Shown here piece after piece: positions 55,801 through 64,000 of a stretch of DNA of 64,000 bases. The translations under genes were made by a program, and so were the position numbers. Source of the stretch: Phoronis australis (lineage: Eukaryota; Animalia; Phoronida); the NCBI GenBank assembly GCA_002633005.1, contig NMRA01000769.1:10376-74375 (forward strand), written 5' to 3'. The notes beneath the pieces were generated by a model. It ran no database searches. It had not been told where the DNA came from and saw only the letters and a program-made list of their open reading frames with translations. The first letter of the stretch is position 1, and each line of letters opens with the position of its first letter.

Positions 55801-56345
55801 GCTGTAGTCGCCGGAATTGATGTCAGTCTGTAAGCGGGCAGACTGTCGATTGGCAACGCTGCGAAACACATTTATTTTGGCAACATACCTAGTTGTGTGC
55901 AGTTTACTCCAATAAAGAGAGGGGCACATCGGCACGTGTACGTCAGATTCTCTATATCTGGCACGCAAGTGGAGCCTGGTCCACAAGGGTTGTCCAAGCA
56001 TGGGTCTATAACAAACAGTAAGTCACAATTGAATGTCACTTTGTGTATACTGTGTGGTTTGATAGAATTACCTCACCGTGTCGTCAAATATGAATCATGA
56101 ACATTACAATGTACAAATATGAAAAGTCTTAAACAATTTTAAACCATATTGTGACCAAAGATATACATGTACTGTACATGCATTCCGTTTATCCCAACAG
56201 ACGTGGTGACAGGACTTCCGGTGATACTAATACAATGAATGAACAAGAATGAACGAAGCACGTGACTTTTTTGTTGATATGCTCACTCAGTCTCACCAAA
56301 TGCAAGACTAAAGTGCATGGGTCTAGATTGAACAGTACCCGCTAG
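40759..56345 (-). CDS. Multi-exon gene for an extracellular mosaic protein, EGF-MAM-CCP(Sushi)-MAM-EGF-MAM (~660 aa visible; start exon uncertain)
   Basis: Exons 56345-56297(?), 56005-55889, 54239-54145, 51269-51140, 50379-50183, 49642-49552, 48603-48424, 48127-48027, 47418-47286, 46682-46525, 44660-44573, 43193-43077, 42601-42495, 42125-41996, 41379-41168, 40845-40759. Phases are compatible (1992 nt). TAA at 40761-40759; AATAAA on - at 40673-40668. Confidence 0.85.
41168..41379 (-). CDS. MAM3 exon 3 (VDFNYHMFGKNEGKLEIF...W)
   Basis: F.YHMxG...G.L MAM motif. Confidence 0.85.
41996..42125 (-). CDS. MAM3 exon 2 (HTGPASPAEGNTYIYYDGS...ATLET)
   Basis: TGP...G..YxYx(E/D)xS MAM motif. Confidence 0.85.
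42495..42601 (-). CDS. MAM3 exon 1, divergent (SGFELSKKNPLGIFKQLRNDSSDLTFR)
   Basis: ctttcag acceptor, gtaagt donor; supplies the required phase 1-0 bridge. Confidence 0.65.
43077..43193 (-). CDS. EGF-like exon (DPCDSRPCFH...TCTCVCPTGLKGDTC)
   Basis: DPC..xPC...CxC..G..G..C pattern; 117 nt, phase 1-1. Confidence 0.85.
43770..43825. repeat. Compound (CT)n/(AT)n microsatellite
   Basis: tctctctctctc followed by atatacatat...atatatat. Confidence 0.85.
44573..44660 (-). CDS. MAM2 exon 4 (VSFRATRGSSYRSDIAIDNMRITEGAC)
   Basis: Canonical DIAID...G.C MAM end. Confidence 0.9.
46525..46682 (-). CDS. MAM2 exon 3 (ACLRLSLSMYGNTMGSF...WQTVAVTVPQGTQK)
   Basis: CL...MYG..G MAM motif; predicted GC donor AAG|gcaagc. 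Confidence 0.8.
47286..47418 (-). CDS. MAM2 exon 2 (TPTLNTGPSFASNRFGYVYFESS...ASLE)
   Basis: TP...TGP...YxYxESS motif; predicted GC donor CAG|gctagt. Confidence 0.8.
48027..48127 (-). CDS. MAM2 exon 1 (FACDFESSAHPLCDFLVQSEEDDLDW)
   Basis: CDFE...C...Q...DD.DW MAM start. Confidence 0.9.
48424..48603 (-). CDS. CCP/Sushi domain exon
   Basis: CSDPPEVKNA...YHTGHTVTYIC..DFELVG...TCQANGLWSNPPIC; 180 nt, phase 1-1. Confidence 0.95.
49552..49642 (-). CDS. MAM1 exon 4 (FAFEYTRRSFKADVAVDHVETWPGSC)
   Basis: FE...DVAVD...G.C MAM end. Confidence 0.85.
50183..50379 (-). CDS. MAM1 exon 3 (RCISFCLHMYG...NLGDQW)
   Basis: C.xF..HMYG and GDQW MAM motifs. Confidence 0.9.
51140..51269 (-). CDS. MAM1 exon 2 (GKTTTFGTGPSSGYDGSSNYMYCEASYP...AILSS)
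   Basis: TGP...YMYxEAS motif. Confidence 0.9.
54145..54239 (-). CDS. MAM1 exon 1 (TDDFEDSS...EDDFDWTRH)
   Basis: DFE...DDFDW MAM start (Cys absent); phase 1-0. Confidence 0.8.
55889..56005 (-). CDS. EGF-like exon (DPCLDNPCGPGSTCVPDIENLTYTCRCAPLFIGVNC)
   Basis: Six-Cys EGF pattern; 117 nt, phase 1-1. Confidence 0.9.
56297..56345 (-). CDS. Possible N-terminal/signal-peptide-end exon (LAGTVQSRPMHFSLAF)
   Basis: ttgtattgcag acceptor, G|gtgaga donor in the right phase; no domain motif to confirm it. Confidence 0.35.
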
Positions 56346-56593
56346 CTGCAATACAAACGATTTGCACATGAGTTATGTAAATGTTATAGGGAAAGATTTA
56401 TTGAAATTCTGTTGACCTGACAATTAACACAAACGGTGGATATCTGGAAATTTTTAATCACTATTTTTGCAAGTTTAGACATTCAACAATGGGCCATCCC
56501 TGTGTGACGCGATCGGATTTATTTTCCAAATGTCCCGGGCACCTGTACATGTACATATATCTATAAGTTCCACAATGGAGTTATTTTTATCCC

Positions 56594-56944
56594 GGGCCCG
56601 GTTGTATGAAACAATCTCGGATAGGGACTCAACTAAGTTCCATAATTATTTTGCTTAAGTTGTGTTCTTTACTCACAGATGTAATATTTATTCTATAATT
56701 TATCTTCATTATGATCCCTTCTATAACTTAATTACATTTTCTTTTCTAAGAATATAGCCTAAAACTGAATCCTTAATTCAGTCAAACTAATTAGGAACTG
56801 ACTCTTTAAATTATCGGTGTGATATGAATAGTTCCCAACACAAGAAAAGACAATCAGTGTTTTTATAACTCCACAAATGATCACAGTCTATTTAGGGAAC
56901 TTAGTTGAGTCCCTACTAAAGGAATATTTCATGCAACTTGGCAC
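56594..56944. mobile_element. ~350-bp MITE
   Basis: Perfect 20-bp inverted repeat TAGGGACTCAACTAAGTTCC (56622-56641) / GGAACTTAGTTGAGTCCCTA (56896-56915), inside degenerate outer TIRs GGGCCCGGTTGTATGAAA / TTTCATGCAACTTGGCAC. Confidence 0.75.
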
Positions 56945-57374
56945 AGGGCTCTACATGAATATGATATAAGTTCAATGTGTTCTTGTAACCGGGAACACGG
57001 CTCTTTGACTTATAGGTTATAATGTGTTCCAGGTTCCATGTGCCCCACGGTCTACGTGTCTTGCAAGCTACATGTATGTACGCCGGTTTATACAAGATTC
57101 CTATTTCATTTGCCTGTGTCAGGCAGGTCTGCTCTTTTCGATACCTCATTCTCATTTATCATTTCGACTCCAACAACTCAATTTTTTGCAACGGCGATGA
57201 AGTACACCCTTACGTAAACAGATAAATATTATCAATAATGAACAAATTCTAATACTAATACGAACTCACTATTCGAAAATTTGATTTTGCTCTTTTTCCT
57301 TAGCACTCGTATATCTCAAAATTGGATGAGGCAGAAAGATATAGAACTAATTAAAAAGTCTGTATACTTGTACA

Positions 57375-57547
57375 TATACTGTACATGTATAGAGCCAAGA
57401 AGATATAGAACCAGGTTTATACATGTACATGCATAGAGACAAGAAGATATAGAACCAGGTTTATACATGTACATGCATAGAGACAAGAAGATATAGAACC
57501 AGGTTTATACATGTACATTCATAGAGCCAAGAAGATATAGAACCAGG
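57375..57547. repeat. 44-bp tandem repeat, 4 copies
   Basis: TACATGTACATGCATAGAGACAAGAAGATATAGAACCAGGTTTA repeats with a period of 44. Confidence 0.9.
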
Positions 57548-57739
57548 AACATGTTGAGCCAGGGGCAAAACACAAGACACACATAATCTCGTACGCAAAA
57601 TTGTTACAAAAACATGACATGTAAACACCGGGATACAAAGAACCCCGGGCATGTACAACACCAGCACATACTACCGGCACATAAAAGCCCGCGACAAGTG
57701 GAAGCCGTACTGATAGAACCTGGTACGTATAAAAGAAGG

Positions 57740-58300
57740 GGCATATAGAGTCCGGGACATATAGAGTCCGGGACATATAGAGTCCGGGACATATAGAGTC
57801 CGGGACATATAGAGTCCGGGACATAGAGAGTCAGGGACATATGGTGTCCGGGAGATAGAGAGTCCGGGACATATAGAGTCCCGGACATAGAGAGTCAGGG
57901 ACATATTGAGTCCGGGACATTTAGAGTCCGGGACACAGATAGTCCGGGACATATGGAGTCCGGGACATATAGGGTCCGGGAAATATAGAGTACGGGACAT
58001 ATAGAGTTCGGGATATATGGAGTCCAGGACGTATAGAACCCATGACAAAGAACAAAGAAACATAGTACTGGTAAACATATAAAAGCCAGGATACATAGAG
58101 CCCCAATACATATAGAACTAGGGCATATAGACTCCGGGACATGTTGGGACTTACATGTGTATTTTGAGCTCGCGACACACATAACCCAGGACATATACAT
58201 GTGGAACACTGGACTCATGGCAGAAGTAAACACGTAGAACCCGGAACATATAGAGCCCAATACACAGATAACTTGGGACATAGAGGACATGGAGCATACA
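57740..58300. repeat. 16-bp minisatellite (CATATAGAGTCCGGGA)n, degenerating to the right
   Basis: About 18 well-conserved copies at 57740-58040, then decayed copies. Confidence 0.9.
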
Positions 58301-59521
58301 TGTATACACCCATTGACATCAAGATTACGGGACACATACATATACAATCCGGAGCCCACCAACTTGGCGCTTTTCAATCTCGCTGGTGCATTTCATTTGA
58401 ATAATGTTTTTCTCTGTAAGTTCAAAAATAATGATCTATCGCTGGTAGAACTATGGCTGCTATCATTTCATCCTTCCGTCTTTTACTCTTACAATCAATT
58501 CAGTGCACCATTTCTGAAGAACGGCCACGGGACTGTTATTCACAAGCACGACAGTTGAAATTGCAACTTACATGTACATGTATACATATCTAAACATTTG
58601 TTTTACAAAGTAGATAGTACAATTCAAGTTACAAAATAATCCCAGTCTGGCCATAAGTGCTCACGTATTCTGTTCGTGGCCCGTTTTAGATGTTGAATTG
58701 AGCAGGCAGACACTTGAATATTGATTGATCGCACTGACTGTGTACCTCCTGCCTTTCACTGTTTAGGACCAATACGATTTTCTGTTTTATCTGTCATAAA
58801 TTAACTTGACAAAGGAAAAATCTAGAACTTCCGCAAGCCTCACACCATATTTGAATTCATTGAGCAACTAGTTAAAGCTGCAAAATGCGAAAACCGATGA
58901 TACTCTGTTCCTAAAAAACTCGGTCAGTAACGCAAGTCACAGCCGATGCGTACCGTGAACCAGTTCCGTATTAGCAAATGCTGGGTTCGCAAAAATAACA
59001 AAAACTTCAAAGTCAATTGCCATAATATCCACGCTGATGAGAGAAGAAAGTTCAAGGATTATTAATTGCACTTAATACTTACGAGTCACTGTTATCATCA
59101 CATTGCAAATCTTTTACATGTAAGCATAGATTATAGACAGCAGATTCGCAACTCCGGCATATCCTTACGTGCTGAGTTGAACTCTCCTGACCTCTCTGCC
59201 GCAGTTTCCGGTCAATGTATATTAACGAGAAATACTTCCATTTATTTAATGTCCAAAACAACGAAAAAAACATTAATTAATATTAATTTCGGCATTGAAA
59301 CGCTTTTCAAAGTCTTTCAATAGTAGAAGTGTTGGTATTATGAGTACTTTTGGTTATGCTACTGGTAATTAATTACAAAATTCAAACTTCGGTGCCGACT
59401 GTCTATGTCGTCTGCTTGCCCAATAGCAGCATAGTTATCGGACATTTTTTGATTTATGGTTCACATAGGCCTACTGAGAAAACTACGAAAGCATGTTTAT
59501 AAATCAACATTCTCAAGTGAG

Positions 59522-59602
59522 CAGTTCTTCTGGGAAGTGTTGAGTGGCCCTTAAAAGGGCCGTTGGTTGTAGCTATAGCGTGAAATGGTTCTTAAAAGAA
59601 CC
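59522..59602 (-). terminator. Tandem histone-type 3' stem-loops plus an HDE-like purine-rich element
   Basis: On -: AAC-GGTTCT TTTA AGAACC-A (59602-59587), then CCAAC-GGCCCT TTTA AGGGCC-ACTCA (59561-59546), then CAGAAGAACTG (59532-59522). Confidence 0.75.
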
Positions 59603-59612
59603 GTTAAATAAT

Positions 59613-59831
59613 TCAACGTAAATCACACAGTACATGTATACCATGCTCACTCAAGTACTGAAGGTCCTCTTCATTCAAGTTTTCATCTGGGAAGGTTGGA
59701 TGAAAACAGAGAAGATGGCAATATCGATGACAGATGTATCACCTTATATAAATGTTACCGTTCTCCAACGTTATCACGATCCCTGTCTTTTTCAGTTGTT
59801 GTTCCTGGATTCAGAAGTAGCCATGAACCAT
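59613..59831 (-). pseudogene. Decayed single-exon PHD-finger-like (C4HC3) micro-ORF
   Basis: MVH[G]YF[*]IQEQQLKKTGIVITLENGNIYIR[*]YICHRYCHLLCFHPTFPDENLNEEDLQYLSEHGIHVLCDL[R]*. The bracketed codons (GGC, TGA, TGA, CGT) are each one base from Cys; spacing Cx2C...Cx2Cx4Hx2C...Cx2C. Confidence 0.6.
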
Positions 59832-61035
59832 AGGGTAAAAAGAGATGGCTACGAAAACGAATCAAATTTTGAAAATCGTTGCCTTCGTGTGGTTACGTGT
59901 TGCTGTCGCCAGACTTTTGTTCCTCCCCAACATCAATGTCGAAAATCGACGTTACAAGTGATGGAAACATAGACTATAGATAGGGACTGCCAACTCCCGT
60001 TAGAGCGCGTTGCGCATGTCGCGGGCCACGGGACATAAGCACTAACGATGAGAGGGCGCTGCACACGCAGAATAGAAAACTTCCGGTTTTACGGAGCGGT
60101 CGTTCCCTTCGTTTGAAGATTTGGTAAAGTAATGAGTCGAATTGCTTGGTTGTTTGGAGTTTTTAAGACTTGTAATAATAAAATGCACATACTGTTCTCT
60201 GTCATGTCATTTAAAACATTCACAAGATAATTCAGACATGTTATGACAACTATGAGTTATTAACGCCAGAAACGTCTTTGGCTGATTTTCCCGTGTTTAC
60301 ACTTACACAGTCGCATCAGCTGATTTTTTGTTGCAATTAGTATTGATGTTTGTTTAAATAGATTAACGCACGAATCAGCTCATAATCATAAGCACAAGTA
60401 TTAACTAACAAAAATGAAATTGTAACAATGTTACACAATAAATATTTGTAATTCACGCAGCTTTGTTCAAGGGGAAGGGCCAAAGGCTAACTGGCATTGA
60501 CTGTCATTTGCAAAACTTGAGTGTCAAAAAGTTGTGTGTCAAAAAATTGCTGTCACTACTATCATAGGCCAAAAGTANGTATTTAACCAGAGGTTTCTAG
60601 ATTAAGGACTACAGGAATGGCAATTGGAAATAGGTAGTTTAATAAATTATAAGTTTTATAGAATTATTAAACGTGATCTTGATCGCGAGGAACATGTGAA
60701 TTATTGTACATTTGCAAGGGTCCTGAACAATAACCTAATATATTTACTATACGTTATATCTGTTTAACTTGAGGGACGATTCAAAAAAAAACAGAAATGA
60801 AACAGATATTGCACTCAAAATTCTGATTAAATGCATTTGGACCCCATTGTTGATGCCGTGCATCATTTTTTGTCATTGGTTGTTGTATTTCATTTACTTG
60901 TTACCCTGTTTATTTTCTTTCTAGGTAGCAGTACACCTTTCGCCGCTGTGATTTGGTTTCTTTTAGCAAGCCGGTTCTTTCCAATGGTTACAATGGCATT
61001 TGCATAGTAGAATAGTAGCTTGACCGGCCGGCCAT

Positions 61036-61679
61036 TGTTACGTATTAGCCTCTGTATGTTACGCGGGTTTTGGTGACTAGCGTTTCATGAGTTTACCGGC
61101 ATTCGTTGACAAGATCTGTAACACGAATCATGTGTTTTCCTCGGTTGCTGGAACTTTTATATTAAGCACAGACTGTTAGCCAAACTGTTGTAAGTACTGA
61201 GTATTATGGCATAGCATGTTGTACTCGTGTGTATCTACTAGCTGAGTTTAGAGCGTACATAGTTGTTGTTGTTTGACGTATAGTTTCCTTCAGCTGCTTG
61301 TTTGGCGTATATGTTGCGCGGTACCCGGTTCATAGAATAAATAGTTACGGGTCGCAGTTAGGCAGTTGTTTGTGTACGGTAATGGTTCCCAGTTGTAGAA
61401 TAGATAGTACGGGTTCCAGTTAATTATGTATTGTTAGCGAGGTAGTATTTGCCTGTCATAGAGTCATTGGCGCGAGTCTTTCTAACGCTCTGATATAGTG
61501 CTTGTTAATTACGCTTGCTTGCCGAATACTCAGACTGTGTGTGTTTTTCTTTATTGCAGATAACCACGCTTTTCCAGTTTCTACTTTCCATCGCTTGCAA
61601 CTAAATAATAAAGTGCGTTATGCAAACGGCTTCTTTTAATTTATCCCTGTAGCCAGACGCGGCTACATTAGTTATAACA
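61036..61679 (+). repeat. Putative 5' LTR
   Basis: AATAAA at ~61607, ends ...TAACA at 61679 just before the ORF; several candidate TGT starts (61036, 61057, 61117, 61174); the 3' LTR is not in the window. Confidence 0.4.
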
Positions 61680-61711
61680 GTGCTGTCCTAGCACTATTGA
61701 CAGTCGTGCGA

Positions 61712-64000
61712 ATGGAAGTTCCACCAACCGACCATGAGACCGTCTCACATTCTGACGAATTACCAGGTGAGGCGGAGGAGCGCGAGGGACAACAAGTTGT
61801 CGTTGCTGCGTCTAGTGTGTATGGTGAGGACGCCTTTAGCTCTGTATCCGCTCACACCGCAAACACTGCTTTGAGTGCTGGGTCGCAGTCTTCAGTTGTT
61901 AGCGTCAGGTTGAGGAAGGCCAAGTTGCTGGCGCGTAAACAAGCCTTGGAAGCAGAGATGCTGATCAAGGAACAGCAGGCAAAACTGGAGTCGCGGATCA
62001 AGCAGCAGCAGTTGGAGCGTGAAACAAGAGCAAAAATGCGTGAGATACGAGCCAGAGAACGCGAGGCTGAGGCGAAAGCTTGTGAAGAAGAAGAATTTCT
62101 GATGTTAGAGTCGCAGGTTAAAGAAGAACAGTTGTCATTAGAAAGACGTGCGAGAGCACTGCAGATAGACACGGAACTCGCCATCGCCGATGCACACGAG
62201 AGTATTTCCCATGGACAGGAGCCGGCGTCTATTAGTTGGCCAGCGTCTTCAGTGCCGCTGGTAAGTGAACCATCCGTCGTCGTCGGTACGCCAGTGACGT
62301 CAAAGCTGCTATCATGTGACCTGCCCGTGACGGTTAGTGCATCAGCGACTTCAACGCCACCGGTTGACGAACCTACGCCGATCGTGTGTAAACAAGTGAC
62401 GTCATCAGTGCCGTATTGTGGATCGTCAAAGGTTGCCGTCGAATCAGTGGACAAAGCTACACATGTGGACGTTGTGCAACAGACTGTTAATGAGCAAGGG
62501 ACTCAAAATAGTTCATCTCATAATAGTTTGGTTTATAGTAATCCTACGTTAGCAAATATTCAAGTATCTACTGATAATGCTCATGTTGTGTCTGGTTGTT
62601 GCTCTATGCCTATTTTCAGTCGAGCTGCAGGTGATAGCCCAGCCGTTCGGATCTCTGCTGGGAGGAATGACGTCAAGAGTACAGGGTGTATACCTACATC
62701 TACAGAGGCCGATGCAGTTGTACTACCAGTGAGTCTCTCATCTCCGCATCCTACTATTCAGTTTGAGGGATGTGGTAAGCAGTACAGATATCCTGAGGTA
62801 TGTCATAGAGAACTGTTAGATCCTACAGCTCGTGTCTTTACACCAAACGACACTTCAACAAACGCAATTCTTGCAGCTTATCAAAGTTTAGCCAGTTCGG
62901 TGTCGCTGCCGAGTATTGAGGTTCCCAAGTTTAATGGAGATGTGTTAAGTTACTCGTCTTTCCTTATGGCGTTTGACGCTAGAGTATCTGCGAGAGTATC
63001 TAACCCATCAGACTTACTTTACTATTTAGATCAACACCTGGTGGGAGAACCGAAGAATTTGATTGGAGGATGCTTGTACATGGATCCTGCACGCGGTTAT
63101 ACGGAAGCACGGAAACTGTTGGACATGGAATACGGCGACCACTTCAAGATAGCGAATGCTTATGTGGACAAACTTAACAAGTGGGCCAGCATCAAGAGTG
63201 AAGATGCTTCTGCTTTGCGTCGGTATGCTCATTATCTAGAAAGATGTCGGTATGCAATGATGGGTATTTCATCGCTTGAAGTCTTAAATCATCCATCTAA
63301 TCTCCAAACGGCTGTACGTAAGTTACCCATGTACTTACAAAATAAATGGAGAGACAAAGCTGCATCTTATAGAAATGCAAGGTTTCGGGCATGCTTCACT
63401 GATCTAGTTGACTTTGTTTCACACGCTTCTCAGGCCGCAAGTGACCCAGTGTTTGGCAAAGATGCATTGTTCAGTTCGGGTCCTGCACATTCCGATAAAA
63501 CCCGTACCACTAAGAGTGCTAATTCCTTCTCTGCCGAGGTTGGTAGGAGTGGAAAGACTGTTATGTCATGTTTGTTTTGTAGCCGAGCTCACGATATCAA
63601 TAGCTGTTCCAACTTTATGGAGAAGCCGTATGAAGAAAGAAGAGCCTTCATTGCAAAAAAGCAGCTGTGTTTCGGGTGTCTTCGAGGTAACCATTTGGTG
63701 AAGGGTTGTCCTAGAAAGAAAGTTTGTGCCAGATGTTCCAAGCCTCACCCGACATGTCTTCACAACGATGGATATACGTCACGTAAGAACCGTATTGAGT
63801 CTGGAACTCAGACCGAGGGACCTAATCAGCATTCTTGTCTGATGGTTGATGATGCGATTGATAGTTGTGAGATTTTGCAATCCATACTTCCGGTTAGAAT
63901 TCATCATGAATCATCAGACTCCTTTATTAACACGTACGCATTCTATGATCAGGGTAGCACTGCATGCTTTATTTCGGAGGCTCTGCTAGACCAGATTGGT
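61712..64000 (+). CDS. BEL/Pao Gag-protease(-Pol) polyprotein, 3'-incomplete
   Basis: ATG at 61712; coiled coil; LPSIEVPKFNGD...LLYYLDQHLVGEPK..GYTEARKLL.EYG (DUF1759-type Gag); CLFCSRAHDINSC, CFGCLRGNHLVKGC and CARCSKPHPTCLH knuckles; aspartic protease TYAFYDQGSTACFI; no stop codon before the window end. Confidence 0.92.
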   Translation, partial: MEVPPTDHETVSHSDELPGEAEEREGQQVVVAASSVYGEDAFSSVSAHTANTALSAGSQSSVVSVRLRKAKLLARKQALEAEMLIKEQQAKLESRIKQQQLERETRAKMREIRAREREAEAKACEEEEFLMLESQVKEEQLSLERRARALQIDTELAIADAHESISHGQEPASISWPASSVPLVSEPSVVVGTPVTSKLLSCDLPVTVSASATSTPPVDEPTPIVCKQVTSSVPYCGSSKVAVESVDKATHVDVVQQTVNEQGTQNSSSHNSLVYSNPTLANIQVSTDNAHVVSGCCSMPIFSRAAGDSPAVRISAGRNDVKSTGCIPTSTEADAVVLPVSLSSPHPTIQFEGCGKQYRYPEVCHRELLDPTARVFTPNDTSTNAILAAYQSLASSVSLPSIEVPKFNGDVLSYSSFLMAFDARVSARVSNPSDLLYYLDQHLVGEPKNLIGGCLYMDPARGYTEARKLLDMEYGDHFKIANAYVDKLNKWASIKSEDASALRRYAHYLERCRYAMMGISSLEVLNHPSNLQTAVRKLPMYLQNKWRDKAASYRNARFRACFTDLVDFVSHASQAASDPVFGKDALFSSGPAHSDKTRTTKSANSFSAEVGRSGKTVMSCLFCSRAHDINSCSNFMEKPYEERRAFIAKKQLCFGCLRGNHLVKGCPRKKVCARCSKPHPTCLHNDGYTSRKNRIESGTQTEGPNQHSCLMVDDAIDSCEILQSILPVRIHHESSDSFINTYAFYDQGSTACFISEALLDQIG

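Larger units (their letters stand above)
61036..64000 (+). mobile_element. BEL/Pao LTR retrotransposon, 5' part (truncated by the window edge)
   Basis: Putative LTR followed by an uninterrupted Gag-protease ORF with three BEL-type zinc knuckles; the 5' boundary is uncertain. Confidence 0.88.

Noticed and set aside
57375-58377. Several repetitive ORFs and a CRISPR-like look
   Set aside because: Head-to-tail 44-bp and 16-bp repeats with no unique spacers and no cas genes; the context is eukaryotic
59613-59972. Histone gene upstream of the stem-loops, or the + strand 112-aa ORF as the real gene
   Set aside because: No frame shows histone-fold or Lys/Arg-rich tail sequence; the + ORF is antisense to the hairpins and has no recognisable motif
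61852-62454. 200-aa minus-strand ORF
   Set aside because: Antisense shadow of the BEL Gag frame

Overview
AT-rich, intron-rich animal genomic DNA, most likely from a marine invertebrate (inferred from gene and repeat content). The window holds four main things. (1) A 5'-incomplete + strand gene (exons 5471-31284, 13 exons, 3021 nt in one frame). It encodes two ZU5/UPA-like modules followed by a FAM111-like trypsin-fold serine protease with an intact His-Asp-Ser triad. Four tandemly duplicated 69-nt symmetric exons sit inside the protease domain. (2) A convergent - strand gene (about 56345 down to 40759) encoding an extracellular mosaic protein, EGF-MAM-CCP-MAM-EGF-MAM, apparently with two consecutive GC-AG introns. 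(3) A decayed 72-codon PHD-finger-like micro-ORF (59831-59613, -) that ends in two tandem histone-type 3' stem-loops and an HDE-like element, with no histone gene attached. (4) The 5' part of an apparently intact BEL/Pao LTR retrotransposon running off the right edge. The window also has an 809-N gap flanked by duplicated sequence, several minisatellites, MITE-like and Kolobok-like elements, and an intragenic segmental duplication. All domain calls come from motif recognition by eye; no database search was run.
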